Positions 59,301-62,694 of a DNA stretch of 64,000 nucleotides are shown here, piece after piece. The notes beneath the pieces are model-generated. The model made no database searches and was not told the DNA's origin. It saw only the letters and a program-made list of their open reading frames with translations. Both the position numbers and the translations under genes were made by a program. The first letter of the stretch is position 1; each line of letters starts with the position of its first letter. This DNA is from Burkholderiales bacterium (GTDB taxonomy: Bacteria > Patescibacteriota > Minisyncoccia > Phycocordibacterales > UBA9973), in assembly GCA_023701005.1 (NCBI GenBank), contig JAMPXW010000002.1:177167-241166 (forward strand), written 5' to 3'.

Positions 59301-60736
59301 GGGGGTATACTAAATATTCAAATACTGATGTATATTCTGGTGGTGTTTCAAGCGTGGGAGCAAGTAATGATATATTATTTATGATAGAAGATTCAAGTGT
59401 CACGGCTAATCAACATTTTCCAAGCGTGGCATCATCTAGTGGTACAAATTTAGTCGTAGGTCCTAATGGTAAAGTTTATAAATACTCTTCTTCTGCTAAA
59501 TACAAAGAGAATATAACACCCTTAAAACAAGATTTTTCTAAAATCTTAGAAATACAACCAGTATCATATGACTATATCGCAACAAAGACTCATGATATTG
59601 GATATACGGCTGAAAGTTTAGACTTATTAGGTCTAAAAGATTTGGTAATATATGATTCTGAAGGGACACCAGATGCTATAAAATATGACAGAATATCTCT
59701 ATATAACTTAGAAGTAACGAAACAACAACAAAATATATTAAACATATTAAATCCTTCTATATCTAAAGAAATAAAACAAGATATCCTAGAATATACAGAT
59801 TACAGTAATGCACTTTCTATGATAACAAAAACCCCACTTTACTCTTTCAAATACAAAGATGAAGTAAAGGAAAATGAAGAAGATCCTTCTTTAGTAAAAA
59901 CTCGTATTGGATATATGTCTGAAGAAGTAGATCCGACTTTCCTTCTGGGAGACAAAATAGATCAAGTATCTGTAAATGGATTATTGATAGCTTCCATAAA
60001 AGAATTAAATCTAAAAATAGAAGAATTGGGTGGAGGACAAATAAATACAGAAGGTGCTACTGTCACCTTCGGGGAATACGCAAGTATGTTCTTTAATGAC
60101 GTGTTAACAAAAGTAGAAAACGGAGTAGCTTATATGAAAAATCTAGCTGTAGAAACTCTCAAGATAGGTAGCCCTGAAAAGCCAAGTGGTATCACAATGT
60201 ATGACGAAGTGACTGGTGACCCATATTGTTTCTCAATATCAAATGGCTCAACAAAAACATTGCTCGGAGAATGTCCTTCTATTACTCTTCCTTCAAAAGT
60301 AGCGACAAACATAGAAGGCACATTAGAAGGTGGAACAGTGTCTTCTGGAGATGTAGACAAACCAACGATCACTCTAGAAGGACAACAAATAGTGATGCTA
60401 GATGTCGGAGCTTCATATAGTGAGGCTGGTGCTCTAGCTAAAGACAATGTAGATGGAGATGTGGCTGTCGTCATTAGTGGATCTGTAGATACTTCAACTG
60501 CTGGAATATATACCATCACATACACAGCGACAGACTCAAATGGCAACACAACAACAATGACAAGAACAATACAAGTCGGAGAAGTTTCTATGATAACTCC
60601 TTCAGACATTCCAGTAACGACAGAAACGCCGACAGAAGAAACTACACAGACAGAAACTCCAACAGAAAACACAAATACCGAGCCTGCTCCATCATCAACC
60701 GAATCCACAACAGCACCAACAGAACCTACTGCCTAA
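38375..60736 (+). CDS. Giant secreted repeat protein (7453 aa) with about 70 GNVGIGTTAP-type repeats, internal segmental duplications, and a C-terminal intramolecular-chaperone autoproteolysis (Peptidase S74-like) domain followed by coiled coil, DUF5011-like Ig domain and TPE-rich tail; probable trimeric surface fibre/adhesin
   Basis: Single uninterrupted ORF (22,362 nt). N-terminal signal/TM (IIFAIFILIFVFSPFAKGEA). Conserved N-terminal module INYQGKLTGSSG...IWTE...LGVNIGG...TPRKKLGTVPSA. Recurring ...EKMRI(T/D)xxGNVGIGTT(A/S)PxxKLxV... units. C-terminal SSSAKYKENITPLKQDFSKILEIQPVSYDY...IGYTAESLD...KYDRISLYNLEVTKQQQ (S74 chaperone domain, Ser/Lys dyad conserved), then ...PTITLEGQQIVMLDVGASYSEAGALAKDNVDGDVAVVISGSVDTSTAGIYTITYTATDSNGNTTTMTRTIQVG (DUF5011-like). 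Confidence 0.85.
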   Translation: MLKTKLQINKINTTKIIFAIFILIFVFSPFAKGEAAINKQINYQGKLTGSSGVAVSNGTYNMEFKLYTVSSGGTAIWTETRTDANKVQVTSGLFSVLLGEVSTLDNVDFNQTLYLGVNIGGTAVSPAWDGEMTPRKKLGTVPSAVVAEKAINILGGSAGYVPFQTAANTTSFSSNFFWDNSTAKLGIGTTAPVQKLTISGGNIKLDDSYYLDWSNGSERITGTGLSGNYSLKFETYNGSALTEKMRILGNGNIGIGTTAPNALLHLSGSAGSNGPNSGLILNASYGLGTSVNNIDFRINGNAIRAASLGAAANVGGADLTFYTSSNFATTDATEKMRIDKNGNVGIGTTAPGFKLDVNGISAANQFYSGGVNITSSGIWGVGSSAEALIGFGSAQAGGARPWNFSSGGTGKTGGYFTWNIDTVEKMRLDNSGNVGIGTTAPGAKLHVEGTNEILSLTGTTPYLRFFANPSQSYIGSGSGLVSGMAVTDLAIRSASNIGFSIGTSEKVRIDSSGNVGIGTTAPVEKLNVNGNINITGGELRMFNNSTVLAATSSNLLSINNGGFSNVAITNGNIGIGTTTPAYKLHVNGVAYSSSYFYAPEGIFTSVQANKVFPTSSVDLRLQTRDNTDNILFEIDTNAPSEKMRITSAGNVGIGTTAPTYKLQVATAVNSAGIVHSNSSNGTRVYTFIDSSDNGLLLLKNSSNIDNINLNTGGNSYLNGGNVGIGTTAPGQKLDVVGGSIRTDNQLISTIATGTSPLSILSTTKVTNLNADILDGYHYNSFIPVSGYHFTNGYLIATDISAASNTMFSVEITGNSYGDGKPIHITLQGYNYTAGDAIINYSGVAEDWTRTVKAFNYNGYLYFWLDQSSSFQSITAYVKNTMETNNVNHVTAITNEVEPTTGTTRKVSIVPKQIWNSGNDGVASTLDADLLDGQHGSYYQTALTNPVTGTGTTNYLSKFTGTSTLGNSLIFDNGTNVGIGTTAPTQKLSINGSVNMISNGAITFENTNNNGNWYIRNSGTNLASLDFGIGAVGASDKIRFDSNGNVGIGTTAPGATLDVAGTIRTTSTITTGSYFYNNSASDANKYLTNTPGPSYMGFRGHGINNNTNSVLSIGYTTLPSTLISPVLSVVDNGNVGIGTTAPTQMLQIGGNTTSSIGMRIAPAGANWDIVTDGSQGLNIKNGNGNYLTFINSSQISSFTGNVGIGTTAPTAKLDINNGVNRTNNPTSLIVAGTGVLGTTAGSYLYPSETISNAGNTLRLQTTAYRRDAGSTWFGAGFRIQYAVDNSFTDGTGSFLEMGGRTDTTPYISLGTSGADRIYINSSGNVGIGTTSPSGKLEINGGAYDSSLVITTNVSSGADIKLNQTGTNGREWHITSTGSSNAMSAGGLQFYDDTAGAFRMGIQGSTGNVGINTGNPQAKLHIYNATAGGLNETIRSQGYWSAPGSGSLIRFTNYHASGTTPNTGEYNLAGIGGLDDNGGWGGSLYFQTAPTGTAGGAALQTRMTINPAGNVGIGTTSPGTKLNVIGNIASEKSAGGYVSSLFWQGNDPAIGYYSENGLLFGTETTMVGGAFSEKMRITNAGNVGIGTTAPAQALDVAGVINASTGFRIGNAATSGNYLRGNGTNFVSSAIQAGDVPTLNQNTAGYAALLVSEDNRTISPSELAINRLKFGFTSWANNDSSPYADFLHLRSYADSSGGADNLIMFNKSVIAMRIYQQTFGSATAYSSYRDVITTNTSASGTANYLPKFSSGTTIANSLIFDNGTNVGIGLTNPEGKMHIIGMNSAFPATTGTVQTGLEARFQPYDSNGVLDIGVNSGSGAWLQSTNRTSLSSNYPLLLNPNGGNVGIGTTAPATNLDVVGDIRASDTSGNYIYLDTTGANPGIVSNSSRSINIQPGSGLTTFYTSGTAGTLQIYDGSSSYPIILRAGGNSIFNGGSVGIGTASPASKLHVYDNNATTDHTIGLTIEQAGTGDAKLQWLTTGVTRFGMGIDNSDGDKLKISAATDLSTNNVLTIDSSSNVGIGTASPGVLLHLSKNGTASTQTVMAVLESVTSQRPVLQFSEGGYGLTSGMSIEYDGRSGGRANLLNINDINGVAIGTFMSGGNFGIQTTSPTANLTVAQSTAGVGTVSNTAGGTTVTGNGTEFTNTFKVGDTITVGGQTVAISAIASDTSMTTAAITNANTNAAYTLVGGTRMVVKGNGNVGIGLTNPSARLHISEAGPAYDWDSLRVDFQANGNLNSLNSSAGRFINTLAPSSQSYAIGSLGEAIKTGHYGYTATGAEGRGIYRSNSLGTSLASLDLYGVSGKVSVEGTGANTINSGKSLYAYANVDAGNILSTYWGVYVKSPSGTGTITNKYALVTEAGAGNVGIGLTNPGFPLAVQGTIQGRGIAYFTQASPTNSLAIDATSTTLHKIYTNNAGIDLSLGTNSSTSQLYLQSAGNVGIGTTSPGAKLDILGSNSAMALNLRSSSGQIQFFPYSDNKNYIESVDGTGTASQLLYFTGYSGTAGTFSFNGNVGIGMTSPTYKLDLQGSAWNNIARIYSTGSSSGLDFYDSGVRRGVVYSDSSGFGLLNSATSWAIKIPYGTGNVVVENGNMGVGTSSPSAKLDVVGNIELGAAVGTTRYILTDETNTGTGKVAIQAGAGSAAFGGAINLYAQAHATNPGWVQIGIGSGAGSGGTEGRFTVNNQGLGGGTDVFTVLRTGNVGIGTTGPSQKLEVNGNALVTKLGIGQLDAANYVLDVGGAARISSSGNVNFNQASGAATFHGQVNFPGSGVWQTSGNVGIGTTSPNQRLEIGSSGNYQMRIGNGSTAAYSYDFGRNTTDGLFYLYGNQTGANGYVFSGINGERMRINESGNVGIGTTAPGTKLDIAGTMHTTGLYTASAGIQLEGQNLGWDQSGVRSWTMGTAASSGNMTLKSGDEAGIFRVLTTTTSLSGNLIVSGTTNSSIAGNLGIGTINPGADLVIENSGTNNTQLWLQNTGTGITEIGFDSANGDFAGSDYMSLGQNDSLDGYIKMFANAGRFHIDTGGVERFTILQNGNLGIGTTAPGSRLVVSSAGIVAGTPEFVVGDYGTIKLKTYQTGSTYAAMYTGNNEDLRITAGTDNSQLVLKANNGNIGIGTASPTAFKLQVAGSVGPNVDNSYDLGSSGARWRNLYISGTIAQGGYLDNSLDNLVYNGDFETNSTNGWTGGGTAIVTGGHSGNYAMQVTGNQQIESVDYIPVNPVRDILQLEIYAKKSVAGTTPGILYLGYIAYDANKAAIYTAPCGSYCYFAASAYTLPADGNWHKFNATTNGEGTVYPNFPVGTKFVRVLGLINYSGSADAVTLIDHITLKRLNYGPTYIGNNFGTTNQADQTQLSKLYTTSVNNLIIDTPASNGNIGFGITNPNPFAWSSKAFTLQSTGTNTYSSLEAFGTGTGSGALLLGNSTIHRATISTADGSHLTFSTNNNNAASYMTEKMRITATGNVGIGTTSPDQLLQVNGASGTAISIKTPWAASAYGQLRFDTGTGSSSIRSSVPGDSTNGLQFFTYSGGETVKMSITGAGNVGIGLTNPAYKLDVVGGIHWNPGVTGSPEGFMSGSSAEQSIQLGSLTNSPLSLTTNALTRLFIDGNGNVGIGTTVPTYKVDIASTGNALKIGQSGTATNTIYQTFTNGGGSVYLGIDNSGGNGLFTGGAGYAAAFGHGGNYPIEFATNSTVRMLIDGSGNVGVGTATPQYGKLEIATTASNVGGLTLYRGTGTTARHWINSSDVYLIQRAITDTYGIAIDNVGNVGIGTTSPVSILNINATSPVLTLTGSTSGQETIASQIHFAVGNYSGARIKAIQTGASYGYQVGLGFFTQDAPYDANSFERMRISSTGNVGIGTTAPGKTLDIAVSPNASNGILVRDNNDATKSILITSSQGSTAFPYIGTNGNRRLDFGTNTARQMTIDTTGNVGIGTTAPNAPLSFGTVTGDKIYLYDGSGNYGFGVDSGGASQLNIFTGNSADMWFRSGGGDGTVRMAIVGTTGNVGIGTTAPGNLLNIYRNSSSTLPITRIEDAGTGDASMAFALTGVAGFSIGIDNSDDNKFKISGSGTDVGSNPYLTILGTGPTVGNVGIGTTSPGTKLQIVDSDGSNGTIGVGINSRGTFGWNNAGQGTLEIKNNLTSGSPNAITFWAAPTSGTVAEMMRIQGNGNVGIGTTAPGAKLEVVGNTYISGISSGTGNRLSFDTTGGAASNWIGTTNDYWTSIVNGRGSGSRIDLATNDIRFTFGSDVGNMLLKANGNLGIQTVSPVANFQVSQSSTGVGTVTTNGTTTLTGSGTQFTNTFKVGDTITVSGETVRTIATIVSDTSLTTTVAFSTTASSLSYTLTGGDRFVVKGNGNVGIGTTAPNKTLHVIGDVRGGAYYNNNSGDGWLINQDSGTNRGLYYYNTTGTWDLFDGGTSKISMGINGNIQMDGILTVSGTGNTTIAGNVGIGTTAPVTRLDVRALNALDGITLSANSGGSSVFRMVNPTVSNNLQIGTLSSNDVDIIANGSSKITILNANGNVGIGTTSPAQKLTISGGNIGILGQQDLMLYDSDSSHYSGFQAHATTTSNSIYTMPAAFPGSTSFMKTDSAGNLSWDTSTYITGNQSISLSGDASGSGTTAITVTNNLLTKEDNRTISPSELTTGKMRFGFTSWANNDSSPYADFLHLRSYTDASGGTDNLVMFNKSVIAMRIYQQTYGSATAYSSYRDVLTTDTGTGGTANYIPKFTGGTTLANSLMFDNGTNVGVGTTAPSYKLDVSGQIRANAGAGVAGIFTSTADYQLALSSSDSWTGIGFDDSGAINDSIWYQGTTGTFAIGGGGSSGVTSKKLHIDGATTIGANYDATAIPTNGLRVEGQTWLDSNVGIGTTNPFQKFEIDLDPTNTTQPTGINGTGTDPHTGMFILGTGNANNEKLGLQIGLWSNGTNKYSIGGLFGVMTSASGNTIGDLTFDLRSNVNDSYLTERMRITNAGNLGIQTASPVANFQVSQSTTGVGTVATNGTTTLTGTGTQFTNTFKVGDTITVSGETVRTIATIVSDTSLATTVAFTTTASSLSYTLTGGDRFVVKGNGNVGIGTTAPNKTLHVIGDVRGGAYYNNNSGDGWLINQDSGTNRGLYYYNTAGTWDLFDGGTSKISMGINGNIQMDGILTVSGTGNTTIAGNVGIGTTAPGAKLQVQGAIKIQNIVPSSPDQNFRRMINVASYQGGGTIRTGILTVKLPTPLVHSMGKIKISGWSYGQSWEIDVSGYMHPGTGSGWTQVGGTVVSGNPPFSPHQVKLVAETTTTDTFYVLLGNASTNWGYYASVGVDVDSYYSDGLGSTGWDISIAAAEPAYDTSIVPTVSSYGSSNALISGNVGIGTTAPIRTLEVNGGIQASSAGFYLGTNSALAQSSSTIKLGWVDRGELANTFITQIFSGGTGTTTTPTMTLNGNVGVGITNPIYKLDVSQTTVNNGSGVNVVVGNFNSTVTAGSGAANAGSAILRVSVAGGPHATDIEQNDGGSAPFRYGTYMDTNIVNKDVSSGAYGNINFVTGSSTSTSSVVMTIGGGTQKGFVGIGATPTSKLSIQNNGASDNILSNYAITNGNNAATFRTSDTGPIFGIHAQNNGAIYIKDTSDNVLFYGSNGGNVGIGTTAPGVTLDAYGRIRAGTSYRTTIFGDGTGSKIMLGSESDEDSLAVIGSFGTSLQLDSYNGPIVFKYSSAEKMRIGTDGNVGIGTTAPASRLHVSTLSSNDGALGQRWSYNGGDSSYYLDLKQTVTAGIVRWNFSQLNNGTAYNNVLVLDRGNVGIGTTAPGTKVDVIGGDLQASGFGHFKGWNTAGATGLGLDVGISSNQGYIMAYDRTASTYYPLRIVASNNTGSDGLTLATNGNVGIGTTAPSRKLDVAGSIVVSANEVWFADNTVARFGKQADHGTIIKAATGTTNDFALAAPTGSILMQNPTATANLAFMAGNLGINTTNPKNKLDIYFSSGNYSATAYNASPLVLSTPDYATDSKFSGIRFTNVSGNRESMFGTVQTSQNQADFVFQGYNATAVAYQEYLRIKNDGKVGIGTTAPSSNLTMVGANGGMTEFSIFDYAGTVAGFQIRYDDSTGATYLDNRYDNASGDIFIRTKTYGTAVNALTIESAGNIGIGTTAPGSILHLNVASGVPYQTFSVANTPFGYVGAAGAFFSGQGTNFGLYGGGSSNIMIGARNSADLTIATSGNVGIGTTSPGQKLSVVGNIDLSGSIGGTGMLYIGKSGTKTGLAYDSSNQNYGIFYTEGATDAVSIAPNGGGDTTPVAYFSGNGNVGIGTTAPASALSLVGDIALTSGGYIYGDNTDPHIKLHAAFGAIIGYSTNELYIGSDYSFLTNGTTKMKLKNNGNLGIGTASPTANLQVAQISSGVGTVSNTAGGTTVTGVGTQFLNTFKVGDTVTIGGQTVAISAIASDTSMTTAAITNANTNVAYTLTGAVRFSVLGNGNVGISTTAPGELLSLGTAGTTKGVLSLAGNTSGKIIIQPAAAAGTYTLTLPTTDGDASQVLTTDGSGVLSWASAGGSSQWTTTGSNIYYNTGNVGIGTTAPTARLHIKEAISTTVEGLRIEDSTATGGYLKLSDASSVSGHFIPSFWSKGIGTGAADRNGFMIVAEPGEDGADDAGIVLNARLNGAALTNASVLKIQNYATELMRIGASGNVGIGNTNPGYKLDIAGNINLQASGYLRTGSGDTEIGASSTDWYVKTYGGGALTERIRVTSTGNVGIGTNSPLEKLTVQNGSILASNGTIYAQPQSLTIFSNSASTSNSPTGYVYQSFTPTTDMLATALSVNLYKPGGISTIYYIYTANGDAPDQSLGFAMSGTTEVMGWTRLNLDTPIALKGGTKYVLYVMQSSGYIKYSNTDVYSGGVSSVGASNDMLFRIEGSVSNVISAFSTSTTNGSANSYQSFTTTTDMLVTAISANIYKPGGNYAYYYIYTANGDTQDQALGYAISGTAEAGGWTRLELPSPIALKANTKYVLYFTITGGYTKYSNTDVYSGGVSSVGASNDILFMIEDSSVTANQHFPSVASSSGTNLVVGPNGKVYKYSSSAKYKENITPLKQDFSKILEIQPVSYDYIATKTHDIGYTAESLDLLGLKDLVIYDSEGTPDAIKYDRISLYNLEVTKQQQNILNILNPSISKEIKQDILEYTDYSNALSMITKTPLYSFKYKDEVKENEEDPSLVKTRIGYMSEEVDPTFLLGDKIDQVSVNGLLIASIKELNLKIEELGGGQINTEGATVTFGEYASMFFNDVLTKVENGVAYMKNLAVETLKIGSPEKPSGITMYDEVTGDPYCFSISNGSTKTLLGECPSITLPSKVATNIEGTLEGGTVSSGDVDKPTITLEGQQIVMLDVGASYSEAGALAKDNVDGDVAVVISGSVDTSTAGIYTITYTATDSNGNTTTMTRTIQVGEVSMITPSDIPVTTETPTEETTQTETPTENTNTEPAPSSTESTTAPTEPTA

Positions 60737-60741
60737 CCCAA

Positions 60742-60769
60742 TTTCCCGGACACCAGGTGTCCGGGAAAT
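60742..60769. repeat. REP-like 27-nt palindrome copy 1 (also plausible bidirectional terminator between giant gene and RAYT gene)
   Basis: tttcccggacaccaggtgtccgggaaa, 13-1-13 perfect arms; 6 nt after giant-gene stop. Confidence 0.8.
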
Positions 60770-60777
60770 CTCGTGTG

Positions 60778-61506
60778 TTATAATATTATTTCTAAATCCA
60801 ACCAAGAAAAAATATCTTTCTTAAAATCACCAATATTCAAAAAATATTCAGGAAAACTTTTTAAATCTAAAATTTTATTTTCAGATCTTCTGTTGCCAGA
60901 ATTATCATAATAACTACTCCATCTGTAATGATCTAAATATTCCAAATTATTTTCACTATTGATACCCTCATTCTCTCTCCAACTTGAATCAATAAGCTTG
61001 AGAGGATTAAGATGAATATAAGAAAAAACATACTTAGCCTGAACGTCATTCTCAACATGAACTGCTTTAAATGGACCCTCATACAAACTTCCAGTCCTTT
61101 TATGCCTAATATTAAAATATTTAGAATAACTCATACAAAGTTTGTGCATAAATAAAGTAATATTCTTATTAAAATCCTCTATTTCTTCCCGGACACCAGG
61201 TGTCCGGGAATTTTTAGAATCAGAAAAATCCTCACGTGGAGTTAAATAAATATGAAAATGATTTGGCATTAAAACCCAGGCACCGATAGATACGAGTGTT
61301 TCTCCCCTATCAAAATCTAAAGCATTAATTTTTTTATCAACAATGTCATCACGAAAACAAATATTCTTTTTTGAATTAGAAAGATATAATAATTTTACAA
61401 AACGTTCTCTATCTCTATCATCAATAAAGATATTTTGCTTACTGTTACCTCTATTATAAACATGAAAATATTCTCCAAAAACAAGAGCCTCTTTTCTATG
61501 TGTCAT
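60778..61506 (-). CDS. REP-associated tyrosine transposase (RAYT; IS200-like Y1 HuH transposase)
   Basis: EYFHVYNRGNSKQNIF; HuH motif in WVLMPNHFHIYL; catalytic-Tyr region KYVFSYIHLNPLK; C-terminal YRWSSY. Matches the RAYT family signature order (Y-x-Y-NRG...MPNHxHLL...YIxxNP...WSS). Confidence 0.8.
   Translation of the reverse strand: MTHRKEALVFGEYFHVYNRGNSKQNIFIDDRDRERFVKLLYLSNSKKNICFRDDIVDKKINALDFDRGETLVSIGAWVLMPNHFHIYLTPREDFSDSKNSRTPGVREEIEDFNKNITLFMHKLCMSYSKYFNIRHKRTGSLYEGPFKAVHVENDVQAKYVFSYIHLNPLKLIDSSWRENEGINSENNLEYLDHYRWSSYYDNSGNRRSENKILDLKSFPEYFLNIGDFKKDIFSWLDLEIIL
61186..61210. repeat. REP-like palindrome copy 2, located in-frame inside the RAYT coding sequence (encodes ..SRTPGVRE..)
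   Basis: ttcccggacaccaggtgtccgggaa read directly within 60778..61506. Confidence 0.8.
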
Positions 61507-61557
61507 TAGTTAACTATAGCACTTTAGAAAAATAAACCCTCATTACAACACACCTCT

Positions 61558-61584
61558 TTCCCCGGACACCAGGTGTCCGGGAAG
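61558..61584. repeat. REP-like palindrome copy 3, 52 nt upstream of RAYT start
   Basis: tttccccggacaccaggtgtccgggaag (one extra C in left arm). Confidence 0.75.
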
Positions 61585-61638
61585 TAAGCAAGAAATAAGG
61601 TAATATCCAAGAAATTAAAAAAGTGGTAAAATATAAAT

Positions 61639-62694
61639 ATGAGGAAAAATGACTTTAAAAAAATACTCCTACTAGTTATCATCTTCTTCGTTTTCGATGC
61701 AAATCTCGGCATGGCTGAAGGCCTGGTAGATTATTCTGCAGAAAATAAAGTGAAAGTCTGTAGAGATGTCACTTGTACAAATCCACCACCAGAAATAATT
61801 TATTTTGAAAATGGAGGAGATTCCCCTCTTATAGTAAATGTGGAAAAAGGTTTGAGTGGAAAAGCTTGGGGTGGAGAACTCGGCTGGGTAACTTTCAATC
61901 CACCATACGGGGGAGTGTTTTTTGCTGATATCAATACTGGTTTGTTAAAAGGCACAGCTTGGAGCGAAACTTCTGGTGCTATCAACTTTTCTGTGACAGG
62001 ACAAAAGGTGACGATAGATCCAAAAACTGGCGAATGGAATGGCTATGCTTTCGCTTCTGGCCCATACGGAGGATGGATAAAATTTGATTGCAAAGAAGAT
62101 TCTTGCCTAAAAACAACTCCTTATTTAGAAACAAAAAAAGAAAACAAATTAGAAAAAAAGAATACAGATGTCGCTGAAGAAAAGATAGAACCCATAAAGA
62201 CAAAAATTAAAAAAGAAAAAATTAATTTAAATATAATACCTTTCAAAGATAGCTTCATAAACCTTTTTGAAGGAACAAAGATAGCTATAAACATTTCAAC
62301 AAATTTATTTTATAAATCTTTCATTAATCTTTTTGATGGTACAAAATTAGCTATAAATACATCAAAAGATTTATTTTGTAATTCTTTCGGAAATTTATTT
62401 GAAGGAACTAAAATATATATAAATATTACTTATAGTCTAATGACAAATGCATTTTCCAATTTAAATAATTTGATAGTACGAGAAATGAACAAAATAAATG
62501 GAAGCACATTCATAACTTCCTATAATAATACAATCACTTTCTCTCAAAAAATGACTAGAACAAAAAACATTGCAATAGAAAATTTTACAAACATAATCGG
62601 AGGCTTAAATACTGATTCTTATAATCAATTTTACTCGTACTTAAAAAACTCTAGATCTCTCCTTTTATCTAAAGTGGAAGGATTGTTTAATTAA
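61639..62694 (+). CDS. Secreted hypothetical protein with three 22-aa tandem repeats (SFINLFEGTKIAINISTNLFYK-like)
   Basis: Signal peptide MRKNDFKKILLLVIIFFVFDANLGMA; repeats SFINLFEGTKIAINISTNLFYK / SFINLFDGTKLAINTSKDLFCN / SFGNLFEGTKIYINITYSLMTN. Confidence 0.55.
   Translation: MRKNDFKKILLLVIIFFVFDANLGMAEGLVDYSAENKVKVCRDVTCTNPPPEIIYFENGGDSPLIVNVEKGLSGKAWGGELGWVTFNPPYGGVFFADINTGLLKGTAWSETSGAINFSVTGQKVTIDPKTGEWNGYAFASGPYGGWIKFDCKEDSCLKTTPYLETKKENKLEKKNTDVAEEKIEPIKTKIKKEKINLNIIPFKDSFINLFEGTKIAINISTNLFYKSFINLFDGTKLAINTSKDLFCNSFGNLFEGTKIYINITYSLMTNAFSNLNNLIVREMNKINGSTFITSYNNTITFSQKMTRTKNIAIENFTNIIGGLNTDSYNQFYSYLKNSRSLLLSKVEGLFN

Larger units (their letters stand above)
60742..61584. mobile_element. 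REP/RAYT unit: IS200/IS605-like HuH tyrosine transposase (RAYT) gene flanked by, and carrying, GC-rich REP-like palindromes
   Basis: Palindrome (T)TTCCCGGACACC-A-GGTGTCCGGGAA(A) at 60742..60769, 61186..61210 (inside the CDS, in frame) and 61558..61584; encloses CDS 60778..61506. Confidence 0.7.

Noticed and set aside
38503-60708. About 25 minus-strand ORFs (60-192 aa) inside the giant gene, many containing GAVVPIPTLP-like strings
   Set aside because: They are antisense reading frames of the GNVGIGTTAP repeat (the reverse complement of the repeat codons gives GAVVPIPT). They are all nested within one long uninterrupted sense ORF with strong protein-level signatures, so they are spurious.
60130-60708. 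Minus-strand 192-aa ORF at the 3' end of the giant gene as a separate gene
   Set aside because: It is fully nested antisense to the DUF5011-like/TPE-rich tail of the giant ORF and has a low-complexity Val/Ser-rich translation.
33932-60736. Elevated GC content of the WxL-like genes and giant gene as evidence of horizontal transfer
   Set aside because: The GC shift tracks amino-acid composition (Gly/Ala/Thr/Ser-rich repeats encoded by GGN/GCN/ACN codons), and third-position usage remains A/T-biased like the rest of the window. Compositional bias is sufficient explanation.
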